From IMG/VR virus record IMGVR_UViG_3300044644_001125, positions 263,257-327,256 of that record: a stretch of 64,000 bases of DNA, one strand, 5' to 3'. The notes under the pieces are model-generated. The model had not been told where the DNA came from and ran no database searches. It saw only the letters and a list, made by a program, of their open reading frames with translations. Shown piece by piece: positions 1-10,865 of the stretch (positions within the stretch are counted from its first letter, which is position 1; the number at the start of each line of letters is the position of its first letter). A program made the translations under genes and the position numbers.

Positions 1-2
1 TT

Positions 3-329
3 TTTGATGCAGTTGAAAACGACACTGCTCCTTATACTATTAGATTTAGACCACAGCATTTTTGTCCAATATTCAAACTTAATTCTAAACTTAGGGGCGC
101 ATGGAAAAACTATGCGTTTGAGAAGTATTATGGTTGGGATAGTTCGCCTACTATAAACCGCAAAACCTTGATGAAAATACACGGTGAATTGCATTATCTT
201 TCAGAACATGCACCACTGCCAGTTCAATCCAAGTGGCAATCTGCGTATCGTAGATTTTCAGCACGACATCTACCAAGTAAGAATTATTACAGATGGGCTG
301 ATCGGTATACACCTTGCGGCTGGATTTAA
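3..329 (+). CDS. Hypothetical protein (5'-truncated by window edge); paralog of 60597..60908
   Basis: Hand translation of the frame starting at nt 3 is open to TAA at 327-329. It contains YTIRFRPQHF and LHYLSEHAPLPVQSKWQSAYRRF, matching FTIKFRPEDF and LFYLGNFAPLPVQRKWEPVYNKF in 60597..60908. Confidence 0.7.
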   Translation, partial: FDAVENDTAPYTIRFRPQHFCPIFKLNSKLRGAWKNYAFEKYYGWDSSPTINRKTLMKIHGELHYLSEHAPLPVQSKWQSAYRRFSARHLPSKNYYRWADRYTPCGWI

Positions 330-332
330 AGG

Positions 333-361
333 TTGACTTCTATTATCTTTTAGACTAAACT
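333..361 (+). promoter_or_regulatory. Sigma70-like early promoter with a CTAAAAGATAAT site (reverse) in its spacer
   Basis: TTGACT(333-338)-17 nt-TAAACT(356-361); ATTATCTTTTAG at 342-353. Confidence 0.6.
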
Positions 362-388
362 AGGCTTTTACAAATCAAGAGGTGAAAG

Positions 389-898
389 ATGGAATTAATA
401 ACGATTGACCAGCGAGAGTTTAACGGATATGTTGCTAATATCTGTAGACAAATCGCAAAAACCAATTGGAAACCTGATTATGTTGTTGGTATTGGTCGTG
501 GTGGTGCAGTTCCAGCAGTAATGATTAGCCAATACTTTGATGTTCCCTACCATTCAGTTGGCGTGAACTTGCACACCCATTCAAATACTGAGCATAACTG
601 CTGGATTAGTTGTGATGCGTTTGGTGAATCTGGTGAACGTAAGAATATCCTAGTAGTTGATGACTTAAACGAAACTGGTGAAACCCTAAACTGGATTGTT
701 GATGATTGGCAATCTGCGTGTATACCAGATTCACCAGAATGGGATTCCATTTGGAACGCAAACGTTAAATTTGCGGTAGTAGCAGATAATACCACTAGTA
801 AGTTTAACAAAAATATTGACTTTTGTGGTTTTGAAATGCATTACCCAAAAGAAGAATACCTTATAACTTTTCCTTATTCAAGATGGTGGCAACTGTGA
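389..898 (+). CDS. Type I phosphoribosyltransferase (xanthine/hypoxanthine PRT-like)
   Basis: VVGIGRGG PPi loop and ILVVDDLNETGETL PRPP-binding motif. Confidence 0.85.
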   Translation: MELITIDQREFNGYVANICRQIAKTNWKPDYVVGIGRGGAVPAVMISQYFDVPYHSVGVNLHTHSNTEHNCWISCDAFGESGERKNILVVDDLNETGETLNWIVDDWQSACIPDSPEWDSIWNANVKFAVVADNTTSKFNKNIDFCGFEMHYPKEEYLITFPYSRWWQL

Positions 899-1227
899 AG
901 CAGTGGACAACAGAAGTACAATACGACGAAACAACCGATTCACATTTTATCATCTTACCAGATGATCTTTTAGATACAGTTGACTTAAACGGTGGTGATG
1001 ACGTGGAATGGATTGATAATAAAGATGGTTCTTGGACTATTAAACGAGTTGATTATGTGGCTGGTTCTACGCAATTAGACTTTAGTTCATACGACGAAAT
1101 TATTGAATGGCCATTGGACTTGACTCCAGTTGATTCTGTGGTGTATTCTGAAACTATGAAAGGTTTGACGAAATTAACACCAGTCAAAGCTGGTTGGTCT
1201 GCTCAGTTCATATTAAATACAATGTAA
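883..1227 (+). CDS. AbrB/MazE-like swapped-hairpin domain protein
   Basis: N-terminal HFIILPDDLLDTVDLNGGDDVEWIDNKDGSWTIKRV resembles the AbrB pattern (IxLPxxxxxxLxxxxGDxVxW). Confidence 0.5.
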   Translation: MVATVKQWTTEVQYDETTDSHFIILPDDLLDTVDLNGGDDVEWIDNKDGSWTIKRVDYVAGSTQLDFSSYDEIIEWPLDLTPVDSVVYSETMKGLTKLTPVKAGWSAQFILNTM

Positions 1228-1279
1228 TACGTGTGGGTAGTTATCTACCCACGGTTTTCCACCAATACGGGAATCAAAA

Positions 1280-1774
1280 ATGATTAAAGACGCACTTAGA
1301 AAGATAACAGGTATTGCTGCAATGGAAGAAACTGCTGCAGCAACTATTAAACAATTAGAAGAAGCAGAGGCTAGACTTCAGAAAAAGATTAAGTCTGCTG
1401 AGAAAGCAACTAAAGCGGCTGAACAAGCAAAAGCCGAAGCAGAAGAAGCTATTATCAAAGCAGAACAGCAACAAGCCAATTACGCATCACCAAAAGATAA
1501 GGCAACCGCCAATGGTGAACCTTGGGTTGGCGTACTTGAAACTCATGTAAATGCTGATAACATCCGTAATGGGTTCTTTGAACTTGATTGGAATGATATG
1601 TTTATCACCCAATTGAGAAATAACGGCTATGGTGCTAATGGCGATTCTGATGAAAGTATTATCGACCGTTGGTTTAAAGAATTATGTGCTAATGTTGTAA
1701 TGGAAGATGATTATCCAAGTGATATTACTACTGGTACACTTGATATTGCCTCTGTTTTGAGAGCAAACGCATGA
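1280..1774 (+). CDS. Hypothetical phage protein (N-terminal coiled coil)
   Basis: 164-aa ORF in operon context with Ala/Glu/Lys-rich helix and PWVGVL...FFELDWN C-domain. Confidence 0.7.
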   Translation: MIKDALRKITGIAAMEETAAATIKQLEEAEARLQKKIKSAEKATKAAEQAKAEAEEAIIKAEQQQANYASPKDKATANGEPWVGVLETHVNADNIRNGFFELDWNDMFITQLRNNGYGANGDSDESIIDRWFKELCANVVMEDDYPSDITTGTLDIASVLRANA

Positions 1775-2790
1775 GCCACATCCTAGTTGATTTATCAAAT
1801 ACGTTTTATAGAGCAAGATTCTCTATTAACGGTGATGTTGACCTTAAACTAGGTATGGCATTTCATATTACGCTACATTCAATTAAGAAAGCATGGGAAG
1901 ACTTCGATGGTAGTCATGTTGTTGTTTTCTTAGAAGGTCGTAGTTGGCGTAAAGACTTCTATCCACCGTATAAACGTAATCGTTCTGATACCAGAGCAGC
2001 ACATACTGAAAAGGAAGCAATTGAAGAAAAGGTTTTCTGGGAAGCGTATGAAAAGTTAGCAAACTTTCTAACTGAAAAGACTAACTGCACGGTATTGCAA
2101 CATCCTCGTTTAGAAGCAGATGACTTGATTGCTGGTTGGATTCAAAACCATCCCAATGATAATCATGTTATTATTAGTACAGATAGTGATTTTTATCAGT
2201 TAATTGCACCGAATGTACGTCAGTATAACGGTGTTAGTGAAACGACAGTGTGTGAAAGTGGGTTCTTTGATGTAAAAGGTAAGTTGGTTATTGATAAGAA
2301 AACCAACTTACCAAAACCACCACCAGATCCACAATGGCTGCTATTTGAAAAATGCATACGTGGTGATACGTCTGATAATGTGTTTTCTGCTTATCCAGGG
2401 GTTCGTACCAAAGGTAGTAAAAACAAAGTTGGTTTACTTGAAGCATTTGAAGACAAAAAACACAAAGGTTTCAGTTGGAATAACCTAATGTTGCAGAAAT
2501 GGACAGATCACAACGGTACTGACCATCGTGTTTTAGATGATTATAATCGCAATTGTACGTTGATTGATTTGACCAAACAACCAGCTGATGTACGTGCTAT
2601 TATTGATGAAACAATTCGGTCAGTTGAACCAAAGTCTATTAATCAAGTGGGTTCTAGGTTGATTAAGTTTTGCGGATTGTATGATTTAAAGAAGATTTCA
2701 GACCAATCCATTAAGTATGCATCTCCATTAGGTGCTTCATATACCACTAAAGGAGTAAAACATGAGCAATATGACTTTGCCGACAATTGA
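1771..2790 (+). CDS. rnh: T4-type RNase H / FEN-like 5'-3' exonuclease
   Basis: ILVDLSN, LEADDLIA, IISTDSDFYQL and GDTSDNV motifs of the FEN/PIN 5' nuclease family. Confidence 0.9.
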   Translation: MSHILVDLSNTFYRARFSINGDVDLKLGMAFHITLHSIKKAWEDFDGSHVVVFLEGRSWRKDFYPPYKRNRSDTRAAHTEKEAIEEKVFWEAYEKLANFLTEKTNCTVLQHPRLEADDLIAGWIQNHPNDNHVIISTDSDFYQLIAPNVRQYNGVSETTVCESGFFDVKGKLVIDKKTNLPKPPPDPQWLLFEKCIRGDTSDNVFSAYPGVRTKGSKNKVGLLEAFEDKKHKGFSWNNLMLQKWTDHNGTDHRVLDDYNRNCTLIDLTKQPADVRAIIDETIRSVEPKSINQVGSRLIKFCGLYDLKKISDQSIKYASPLGASYTTKGVKHEQYDFADN

Positions 2791-2998
2791 AAGATTGTTT
2801 CAACGAGTTGCAGCTGCTGAGAAATCTCAACAGAAAGATATTCGACTTTCTATACAAGAAGCACGTGAGTTAGCCACTGAATTGGCTGGTATGACTATGA
2901 ATCTAGGTAAAACAGTTACTGAAATTCATAGTATGTTAGCTGAAATCAAAGAATCTTCTACATCAGTTGAAGTTAAGTTTGATGGTGGTGGTTTCTAG
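2762..2998 (+). CDS. Hypothetical protein
   Basis: 78-aa ORF with AGGAG upstream, tightly packed with neighbours. Confidence 0.65.
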   Translation: MSNMTLPTIERLFQRVAAAEKSQQKDIRLSIQEARELATELAGMTMNLGKTVTEIHSMLAEIKESSTSVEVKFDGGGF

Positions 2999-3393
2999 TG
3001 GACTTGAAATCCAAGTATACTAGGATATTCCTTGAAGTGGCTGGACTGCCAGTTGACGATAGTTCAGTAAAAGAACATAGAAGTCGCTGGTGGGCCAACC
3101 TAAGAGCAACTAACCGAGGTTTAAGATTAACCGAAAAAGGGTTGCAATTTTTACTTTACCGTGCTAATATAACTTCTTACGAAGTCAATTTAAAGATCGA
3201 AGGTGATGTAACTGCTCAACTTTTGTTGCAATTGGATGAATTTATCACTTGCCCTTGGTTCGCAAAACATGGTATAATTGTTGTATTCTGTGAGAAAATG
3301 GCATTTGAATTAATGATATTTGATGGTGATCTTAAGAAGTTGGGTAATAACAAAGCATCTGCTAAGAAATTCCAGCAAGAAATCGGAGACTAA
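2998..3393 (+). CDS. Hypothetical protein
   Basis: 131-aa ORF; GTG start overlaps the upstream TAG. Confidence 0.65.
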   Translation: MDLKSKYTRIFLEVAGLPVDDSSVKEHRSRWWANLRATNRGLRLTEKGLQFLLYRANITSYEVNLKIEGDVTAQLLLQLDEFITCPWFAKHGIIVVFCEKMAFELMIFDGDLKKLGNNKASAKKFQQEIGD

Positions 3394-3395
3394 AT

Positions 3396-3653
3396 ATGTT
3401 TACTCCACTTGACGCATTAAAGAAAAGAGAATTAAAAACCTTACCACCACATTTCCATAAAATAGAGATGTGTTATGATAAGGAATCTGAAGTAAGAGAA
3501 TGGATTCGAAATAGACTTTCAGGACGATTTTGTATAGTTAGATATCCTAGTAATAACAAGGATTCTGGAAAAACCGCCACCTATGTGGCTTTTGAAAACA
3601 TGCATGAACTCACGTATTTCGCGTTAGCATGCACATTCTTTAGAGGAAATTAA
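3396..3653 (+). CDS. Hypothetical protein
   Basis: 85-aa ORF in operon; CTAAATA late-promoter-like motif overlaps the start. Confidence 0.6.
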   Translation: MFTPLDALKKRELKTLPPHFHKIEMCYDKESEVREWIRNRLSGRFCIVRYPSNNKDSGKTATYVAFENMHELTYFALACTFFRGN

Positions 3654-3654
3654 A

Positions 3655-3933
3655 ATGACTGAAGCTGTATTAGAAGCAACAACCGCAACCGTAGAATCTA
3701 CAGAAACTGTTGACACAGCGGCAACAACCGCAGCAGAAGCATCGACACAAGCTGCTGACGCAGCGGCTGCACCTGAATTAACATTAAATGACTTAGCTGT
3801 ATTACGCCAAATCATCGAAGTTGCATCACAACGCGGTGCATTCAAAGCGGCTGAATTAGAAGCAGTTGGTAAAGCATTCAATAAATTATCAGCATTCTTA
3901 GATGCTGCAACTGAATCAGCAGCACAAGGCTAA
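3655..3933 (+). CDS. Hypothetical protein
   Basis: 92-aa ORF with AGAGGA RBS, acidic Ala/Thr-rich N-terminus and helical LTLNDLAVLRQIIEVASQRGAFKAAEL core. Confidence 0.7.
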   Translation: MTEAVLEATTATVESTETVDTAATTAAEASTQAADAAAAPELTLNDLAVLRQIIEVASQRGAFKAAELEAVGKAFNKLSAFLDAATESAAQG

Positions 3934-3939
3934 TCAATC

Positions 3940-4725
3940 ATGAGAACTCTCAAACACATTGGTAAAATTGCAAAAACCAAGGAAAATGTTCTTGTTGTAT
4001 TCAGAACATTACCAGGTGATTCAGGCAGTGCTTTAGTATTACCAACTGCTGGTTTGTCAGATTTGTATCATGATGCAGTGAATCAGTTGGTTGAAACAAT
4101 TCAAGCACAAGAATCATTTGAGTTTGGTGAAATCTTATTCACTCGTATGTTCCCAGATGGTCGTCCAATGTTACGTGCATTGCGTGCTGATGGGTTGTTA
4201 CATAAAGTACCAACTGATTCAGTTATGATGATGCCTACGTTGAATGATGAAATCTTGTTGTCAGATTTGAATGTTTTAATTGCAGAACAACGCAATTGTG
4301 CAGTTGATGATTTGTGCCAGTTTGTTTCTGGTGCTAAAGCAAATGCTGCTGCAAACGAAAATGCAGATCCAGTTCAAGATTTAGGTCGTGATGTTGGTGA
4401 ACCAGCTAGAGCACAAGCTCCAGTTGCGCCGCTACAAGCCAATACAAATGCTGTATTGTCTGATGCAGATATTGCTAAAAGCTATCGTAGCCAAGCAGAA
4501 GCTCTTTTGAAAGAAGCTGCTGAATTACGTAAACAAGCTGATGACTTAGATCCACCTGCTGTGGTTGCAACCGTTGAAGCCAAACCAGCAGTAAAAGCAC
4601 AGGCTAAACCTGCTGCAAAGACTGCTACTAAAGCTCCTGTAAAAACAGTAGCTAAAACTGCTACGAAAACCGTTGCTAAGACTACTTCTAAAGTAGTTGA
4701 ATCAAAGGAAACTTCTGACGTTTAA
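3940..4725 (+). CDS. Hypothetical protein with histone-H1-like Lys/Ala/Thr tail
   Basis: C-terminus KPAVKAQAKPAAKTATKAPVKTVAKTATKTVAKTTSK. Confidence 0.7.
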   Translation: MRTLKHIGKIAKTKENVLVVFRTLPGDSGSALVLPTAGLSDLYHDAVNQLVETIQAQESFEFGEILFTRMFPDGRPMLRALRADGLLHKVPTDSVMMMPTLNDEILLSDLNVLIAEQRNCAVDDLCQFVSGAKANAAANENADPVQDLGRDVGEPARAQAPVAPLQANTNAVLSDADIAKSYRSQAEALLKEAAELRKQADDLDPPAVVATVEAKPAVKAQAKPAAKTATKAPVKTVAKTATKTVAKTTSKVVESKETSDV

Positions 4726-4739
4726 TGTTTTGAATGTTG

Positions 4740-4774
4740 AAAAGCCCCAGAAGTTTTACTTCTGGGGCTTTTTT
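4740..4774. terminator. Bidirectional intrinsic terminator between convergent genes
   Basis: aaagccccagaagt-ttt-acttctggggcttt perfect inverted repeat followed by a T tract. Confidence 0.85.
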
Positions 4775-4779
4775 GTTGT

Positions 4780-7700
4780 TTATGGTAATATTTCAATTGT
4801 AATCGAACCGTCAGCACCTTTTGCACCTGATTCGGTTCGAGAAGAACCAACATAAGTACTTCCAGCGCCACCATTCTTCGTATATAATACTGTTGGTGTT
4901 CCAACAATATTATCAGGATTATACATTAATACACCAGCCGATCCACCGTATGCGTTCGTTGCAGGTGATTCTTCTGAACGACCATACTCACCACCCAATC
5001 CGCCACCAGCACCACCAGCACCACCACCAGAACTATGATATGAAGTACTAAATGTACCATTTGTTCCACTAACTATATATGAACCATTCAGCGGAATCAC
5101 AGTGCCAACCAATAATGATAGCGTACTCCAAATGATTGATCCTGCTTGGTTTTTTATTACGATTGCACCTGAACCGGGTGAATTTGCTACTGTATTGGTT
5201 GCTGTGAAATATAGAGTATGTTGGCCCTGCGATAATGTTATTGTTGTGGTTTTTTCCGATGGGTAATGTGCAGAATACATAGTACCATAGTCTATATTCC
5301 AATGTATTTCATCATCCGCAGCGTATTCTACCGTGTATTGACCGGCTGGTAATGAGCCTAAATCAATAGCTTCGGTGATACTACCATTCGGACTAACAAT
5401 ACTTCGATAACTACCTTTCCAAACACCGTATGTTTTTAAAGTAGCTGGCCATGTACTGTATACCGTTGGTGTTTTATACCATCCGCTATTACTAATACCA
5501 GATAACCCAGGATATCCATTATATTCACCACCGCCACCGCCACCGGCACCACCTGCAAATACTAGGATTGATGGAGTTGCAGATGGTAGAAATACAGCAG
5601 ATGCTCCACCGCCACCGCCACCGGCACCAGAACCCTCTGGGTGAACACCCGCATTTCCACCCAAACCACCAGATATTACAGGTATTCCTGAAACACTACC
5701 CCATGAACCACCAACACCACCACCCGTACCATTATTAAATGATTTACCACCAACACCACCAGCACCAACTGCCATAATCAATGAATGATGTGATATATTA
5801 TATGATGCAATTACGGTATTCGCGTCACCACCATCACCACCTCGATTGGTAGTACCGTCACCATTAGAACCGCCACCACCACCTGCACCACCACGAACTG
5901 TTAATTTAACTTTCGTAGCAGATGCTGGTAATGCCGCTATATAGTTAACGGATTTTGTTAATGGGAATCTATCTATAATTCTCAATTGAACTGTACCATT
6001 AATGTAACTATTTGTACTAGCAACGATTGAAACTTCCGGTAAACTTCCAGATACTGCCGCTGTACTGGTTTTTAGAACCAACGTACAATTCCCTGATGTA
6101 TTTGTAGTTACAGTTCCAGTATTTTGGCCATTTTGATCGGTAACACCAAAAGATGATGGAATTGACCAATTTAATACTGTTACAGTCGTACAATTAGATA
6201 CTACAACTGCAAGAGTTATCGTACTACCCAACGTTAATTCCAGATTGGTATTTGTAACGCTAATTGCTTGACCAGTCGCGGTGAAACTTAACGATGGGGT
6301 ATGTCCAGATTGCGCAAATGTTACAACTGCCGAGACAGAACCACTTGCACTTGGAATTACTTGGAATGTGTTTTTTGTTGGATCTGCGACTATTGTTCCA
6401 GATGTTACAGGAATACTAGCATTCACTATACTCCCAACCGTATAACTATCACCGACTTTGGCATTTAATATTTTAGCAGTATATGGTGCACCAGCGTAAT
6501 ACGGTGCTGTTTGAACCATACTAACAGATTCGGTTGAGTATATGAAATGGGTAGTGTGATCAGTTGTTATATTACCACTGACACAATTAATCCTAGTTAT
6601 TACATCTGCGACACTATTGGATGTAAATGTACCAGTACCAGCGCCATTCGCATCTAATTGACGCATTGATGATCTAGTATACGTGCTACCGGTTTTGGTT
6701 TCTAGGTAATAATAACCATTCGCTGTACCGTTTGATACGGTATATGTTACATTCGAATCTACATTAGCTGTACCATCTGGTGAGTATATAACAGTTGCAG
6801 TTGGTGCAGATACAGTAGAAACAGCCAACGTGCTAGTAAAAGATGGATAATATTTGGCATTTGAAATAGTAGCAACTACATTAAAATCTTGATGCGGCTG
6901 CGCAATTCCAACATCATATGAACTATTTGTGCTATTAACAAATTCACCTGGGGTGAAGGTTATTAACGGATTTGTGAATCCGGTATCTGATGTCGCATAG
7001 GCTTTAACGGTATAATTAAATTTATCACCGACAATTGAACCAACTGGCCATGAAGTCATTGATAACGTTAATTTGGTATACACAATCTTAGTATTTGGAT
7101 CGGTATAATTAGCACCCTTTACAAATAAACCGGGGAATGTAGAAGTATCATTGATTTTAACTCTGCAGGTTCCACTATATGTTTGTGAAGCAACTATAAC
7201 AGACGCTGTTAATATAAAGGTTTCACTACCTTCATTAAATGAACTATCAGCTGCTATCGTTAATGGTATATTACAGGTTCCTGTAGTTGAACCGGACGGT
7301 ACTATAGTGTGGGCAATACCCGACAAGGAAGCTGGGCTGAAGTCAGTAGCTGTTATACCAGTAGTACCACTCGCATTGGTGATAGTCCAATTAACAGTTG
7401 CATTGTTTGGAACATTCTGAGTGGTAACATCAACTGATATACCAGTTCCTTCATTAACTCCAGTAGTAAGCCAATTTGGATTTTGGTATAATGATATAGA
7501 AGGAACTGGAGTTCCAGATGTATCTCTCAACCATAGATAAAATGCACTTGATTGTATAACAGTACTACCGTTAGATTCCCAGCGTGCTCGAATTTTTAGT
7601 CTAATATCGCCATCCGTGGTATTGTTTGCCTTAGCCGCAATCTGAAAATATGCAGTGCTATCTGCAACAGTAACAGTACCAGTTGTAGCACTTGTGTTTG

Positions 7701-9096
7701 GTGGTACAATATCTAATCTATTAGATACATCTTGACCTGTTTCACCAGTAACTTCCCATATAATAGGAGTGTCATTTGGTATACCAGTCGTGGTTATATT
7801 AATAGTTGCTTGTTTATTAGTGGTTTCGTTGATTTCTGTAGAAACCGACCCAACAGTTAATGATACCGTATCAATGATAGTTATGATATTACTTGATGCT
7901 AATTGATTAGCATTTGGTAGAGTTGGATCTATATCAGATATGAACAATTGTAACGTATTGGAGTCTAATATACCATCTTCTTTAATTTGAATATTAAAGT
8001 TATGCTGACCATTTACTAGTGTAATCTGACCAGTCATTGCAATATTACCGCCAACAACCGGTGCTGTTAAATCTGCAGACGATACATTTCCACCAATAAA
8101 ATACCAAACAGTTGATGGTCCACTGAAAACAGAAACCGACGCTACGACGGTACTTCCTTCAAACGCAATACCTGGCGTGCCGGAATTAGCAGTTAATGTA
8201 ACCTGATAACCGGGCATTGATGTTAACTCATATGTGGTAGCAACTGTGGGTGCAGCCAACGATACGTTGTTGCCAGTTGCGATTCTATAAGTTACGCTAC
8301 TTGTCAATGTACCAGAAACTAGTAAATCAGATGGTGTTTCTGCAACGGCATCGTTAAATAGTATACTAACATCAACATATTGCCCCGTTTTAGAAGCAGT
8401 TACTGCGTATGAATTTGCAGCATATGTGCCAGTATCATTCGCCGTGAATACAGCTTGCGGCGAGCCAGTTAACGAATAATATCCTAATGCACTACCAGTT
8501 CCAGCACCAGTCGATGCTGTTGAATGGTGTTTAATTTTAATGGTTTTTAAACTAGCTAAGAATGCGTTCCACGAAGTACTCTTTGCACCAACCGGACTAG
8601 CTAAATTTGCATTCAATTGAATTTCACCACCAGCGTTAAAGAAGTAATTTGCTTTTAATGCAGTTCCAAAATCAAATCTAACTGTATGCTTAACTTGATT
8701 GTTCCAAGAAGTTGAACGAGTGCTTAACCCACCTGGTGATACCGCAGCTGGTGTTGTCGATTGATTGTCAGCCATGTCCCATTTATATGTTTCAATATTG
8801 GTCATAAATGGCTCAAAGAAATTCGTATAATCTGCATCATTGATTATAGAATCTTTCAATATCATGGGTAAATCAGTCGCTAATACAATGGTACCAGTTT
8901 GATGTTGCCTTGCAAGTACCATATCTGTTCTTAGCTTCTGCATGTCAACTGCTTGTATTAGTGGTAGAGGAGATCCGGTTATTTGTGAGCTACCAACATT
9001 ACTACCATAGCCAGTATCAGCAGTTCCTAAAACCGCAGCAATTCTAGCTTGTAAGTCATTATATCGTTTTTTGGTAATTAGGTCTGTACGAGCCAT
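4780..9096 (-). CDS. Large tail fibre/adhesin-like virion protein (Ig-like repeats, Gly-rich C-terminal domain)
   Basis: 1438 aa, Thr/Ser-rich beta repeats, GGAGGGGG stretches near the C-terminus; distal end of the tail operon. Confidence 0.7.
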   Translation of the reverse strand: MARTDLITKKRYNDLQARIAAVLGTADTGYGSNVGSSQITGSPLPLIQAVDMQKLRTDMVLARQHQTGTIVLATDLPMILKDSIINDADYTNFFEPFMTNIETYKWDMADNQSTTPAAVSPGGLSTRSTSWNNQVKHTVRFDFGTALKANYFFNAGGEIQLNANLASPVGAKSTSWNAFLASLKTIKIKHHSTASTGAGTGSALGYYSLTGSPQAVFTANDTGTYAANSYAVTASKTGQYVDVSILFNDAVAETPSDLLVSGTLTSSVTYRIATGNNVSLAAPTVATTYELTSMPGYQVTLTANSGTPGIAFEGSTVVASVSVFSGPSTVWYFIGGNVSSADLTAPVVGGNIAMTGQITLVNGQHNFNIQIKEDGILDSNTLQLFISDIDPTLPNANQLASSNIITIIDTVSLTVGSVSTEINETTNKQATINITTTGIPNDTPIIWEVTGETGQDVSNRLDIVPPNTSATTGTVTVADSTAYFQIAAKANNTTDGDIRLKIRARWESNGSTVIQSSAFYLWLRDTSGTPVPSISLYQNPNWLTTGVNEGTGISVDVTTQNVPNNATVNWTITNASGTTGITATDFSPASLSGIAHTIVPSGSTTGTCNIPLTIAADSSFNEGSETFILTASVIVASQTYSGTCRVKINDTSTFPGLFVKGANYTDPNTKIVYTKLTLSMTSWPVGSIVGDKFNYTVKAYATSDTGFTNPLITFTPGEFVNSTNSSYDVGIAQPHQDFNVVATISNAKYYPSFTSTLAVSTVSAPTATVIYSPDGTANVDSNVTYTVSNGTANGYYYLETKTGSTYTRSSMRQLDANGAGTGTFTSNSVADVITRINCVSGNITTDHTTHFIYSTESVSMVQTAPYYAGAPYTAKILNAKVGDSYTVGSIVNASIPVTSGTIVADPTKNTFQVIPSASGSVSAVVTFAQSGHTPSLSFTATGQAISVTNTNLELTLGSTITLAVVVSNCTTVTVLNWSIPSSFGVTDQNGQNTGTVTTNTSGNCTLVLKTSTAAVSGSLPEVSIVASTNSYINGTVQLRIIDRFPLTKSVNYIAALPASATKVKLTVRGGAGGGGGSNGDGTTNRGGDGGDANTVIASYNISHHSLIMAVGAGGVGGKSFNNGTGGGVGGSWGSVSGIPVISGGLGGNAGVHPEGSGAGGGGGGASAVFLPSATPSILVFAGGAGGGGGGEYNGYPGLSGISNSGWYKTPTVYSTWPATLKTYGVWKGSYRSIVSPNGSITEAIDLGSLPAGQYTVEYAADDEIHWNIDYGTMYSAHYPSEKTTTITLSQGQHTLYFTATNTVANSPGSGAIVIKNQAGSIIWSTLSLLVGTVIPLNGSYIVSGTNGTFSTSYHSSGGGAGGAGGGLGGEYGRSEESPATNAYGGSAGVLMYNPDNIVGTPTVLYTKNGGAGSTYVGSSRTESGAKGADGSITIEILP

Positions 9097-9110
9097 TGTA
9101 AATCCTTATA

Positions 9111-10865
9111 TTAAAGCACAACTGCTTCGATTAATCGTATGTCGGTTGTATTATTAGTCTCTAAAGCAATTGCGAAAATATGATTGCTTGGTGATTTTGT
9201 TGTAACTGCAGTGCCGTCTACACCTGCTGTTAATTTGTCACCCTTTGTAACTGGACCACTAACCAAAACAGGAACTCTTCCTTTCAATGCGATGTAGGTA
9301 CCATTAACCAATCCACTATTCATCATAAACGCTGGGTGTTCACTAACAACGCCAATTGCATAATCATCAATATTACATGCGGTTACTTCGACTGTTCCAC
9401 CAATAGAAACTACAGTACCAACTGGGTATTCTTTATCTGTTAGGTATTTTTCAGCTAAATCAGCATATTGAGCCGACGTTGCAACACCATTAAATTTGTT
9501 AGCTGCGATGTCCATGTTACCATCACGCACCGCGATAGTGTTAGCAAGTTTTGCAATAGTTGCAGTTTTATAAACAGTATCACCAACACCAGAAACCGTA
9601 TAATCTTGAACTTTTAATTTGTTAGCAGTATCAATAGTTCCGATTACACTGTTTACGTTGATAGCACCGTTGGCATCACGAACAACAACAGTATTTGGTG
9701 TTGCTGGTATACTTGGATTTAAACCGGTAAGTTGTGTAGCACTACCAGTCAAAGTACCAGTTACATTACCGGTGAATGTACGATTGGTTGCATGTAGTAA
9801 TACATCACCATTAGATGCTAATACATTACCGGTTACGTTACCGGTTACGTTACCAGTTACGTTACCAGCCACCGTACCTGTTATATCACCAACAAATGTA
9901 GGTGCTGACACAGTACCAGTCGAGTTTAAAGTAGAAACGTATGCGGCATTCCATCTATTTGTCGTAGCACCTAAATCAACCACACCACCATTACCAGGCA
10001 TTACAATTTGTTTACCAATAACTAAAACACCTTGGGTTGCAGTACTACTTGCAATTTTAAAAGTGATTGGGTTTTCTAGTGTATTTTCAAGAATTACTTG
10101 ATCGCTACCATCAATTCTAACGGATAAATCGTTGTTATTACCAACAGTGAATCCAGGGTTTTTAAAGTGAACAAGTGTTTCAAATGTTGGATTATCACGA
10201 CGCATATAATATTGAGCATCAAACCCACCCAATTGAAGAGCATTTGATGTAGTACCCCAGTAAATCCAATCGCCTAAACTAACACCAGATGAACTTTTTG
10301 CTAGTGTTACACCTTGTTTAATGATCGTAAAATCAGGAATAACGTCAGCACTCAATTGAAATTCTGCATCTTGATTCAATACGATAACTACCTTACCATT
10401 CGCAGATAGGGTCGTAATTTTATGAGTAACACCAGTTGTATCCATTACGGTTGGTGATGCTAATGATGATTGCCCAGTCGTTAAATCTGGACCAATAAGT
10501 TTAAATGTAGTTCCATCCCAAGCATGTAGTTGAAGAGTGTTACTATTGAACCACAAATCACCACGTGCTGGATTTACTGGTTCTACTGAACCAAATTCCG
10601 CACCACCTAGTACTTTGAACTTTTCACTGTCATATACTTTTATTTTTTTGGTACCAGTGTCGTACCATAACTGGCCTTGAATTGCTTTGGGTGGCTGAGT
10701 TGCATTTGCAAAACTTTCCAAAATATGAAGGAAGTTTTCATTTTGAACTTCACCATAACCAGCATAATTCTTACCAATAAAGGTTAAATCAGTTGAGGTA
10801 TCGATAGTACCATCGGCAACTGTTGTTAATTGTGTTCCATTAAATTTGTTTACTTGATATGCCAT
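9111..10865 (-). CDS. Tail fibre protein with C-terminal chaperone-like domain
   Basis: N-terminus GKNYAGYGEVQNENFLHILESFA shared with three neighbours; GNVT repeats; C-terminal ADLAEKY...GTVV..GG..EV domain. Confidence 0.7.
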   Translation of the reverse strand: MAYQVNKFNGTQLTTVADGTIDTSTDLTFIGKNYAGYGEVQNENFLHILESFANATQPPKAIQGQLWYDTGTKKIKVYDSEKFKVLGGAEFGSVEPVNPARGDLWFNSNTLQLHAWDGTTFKLIGPDLTTGQSSLASPTVMDTTGVTHKITTLSANGKVVIVLNQDAEFQLSADVIPDFTIIKQGVTLAKSSSGVSLGDWIYWGTTSNALQLGGFDAQYYMRRDNPTFETLVHFKNPGFTVGNNNDLSVRIDGSDQVILENTLENPITFKIASSTATQGVLVIGKQIVMPGNGGVVDLGATTNRWNAAYVSTLNSTGTVSAPTFVGDITGTVAGNVTGNVTGNVTGNVLASNGDVLLHATNRTFTGNVTGTLTGSATQLTGLNPSIPATPNTVVVRDANGAINVNSVIGTIDTANKLKVQDYTVSGVGDTVYKTATIAKLANTIAVRDGNMDIAANKFNGVATSAQYADLAEKYLTDKEYPVGTVVSIGGTVEVTACNIDDYAIGVVSEHPAFMMNSGLVNGTYIALKGRVPVLVSGPVTKGDKLTAGVDGTAVTTKSPSNHIFAIALETNNTTDIRLIEAVVL

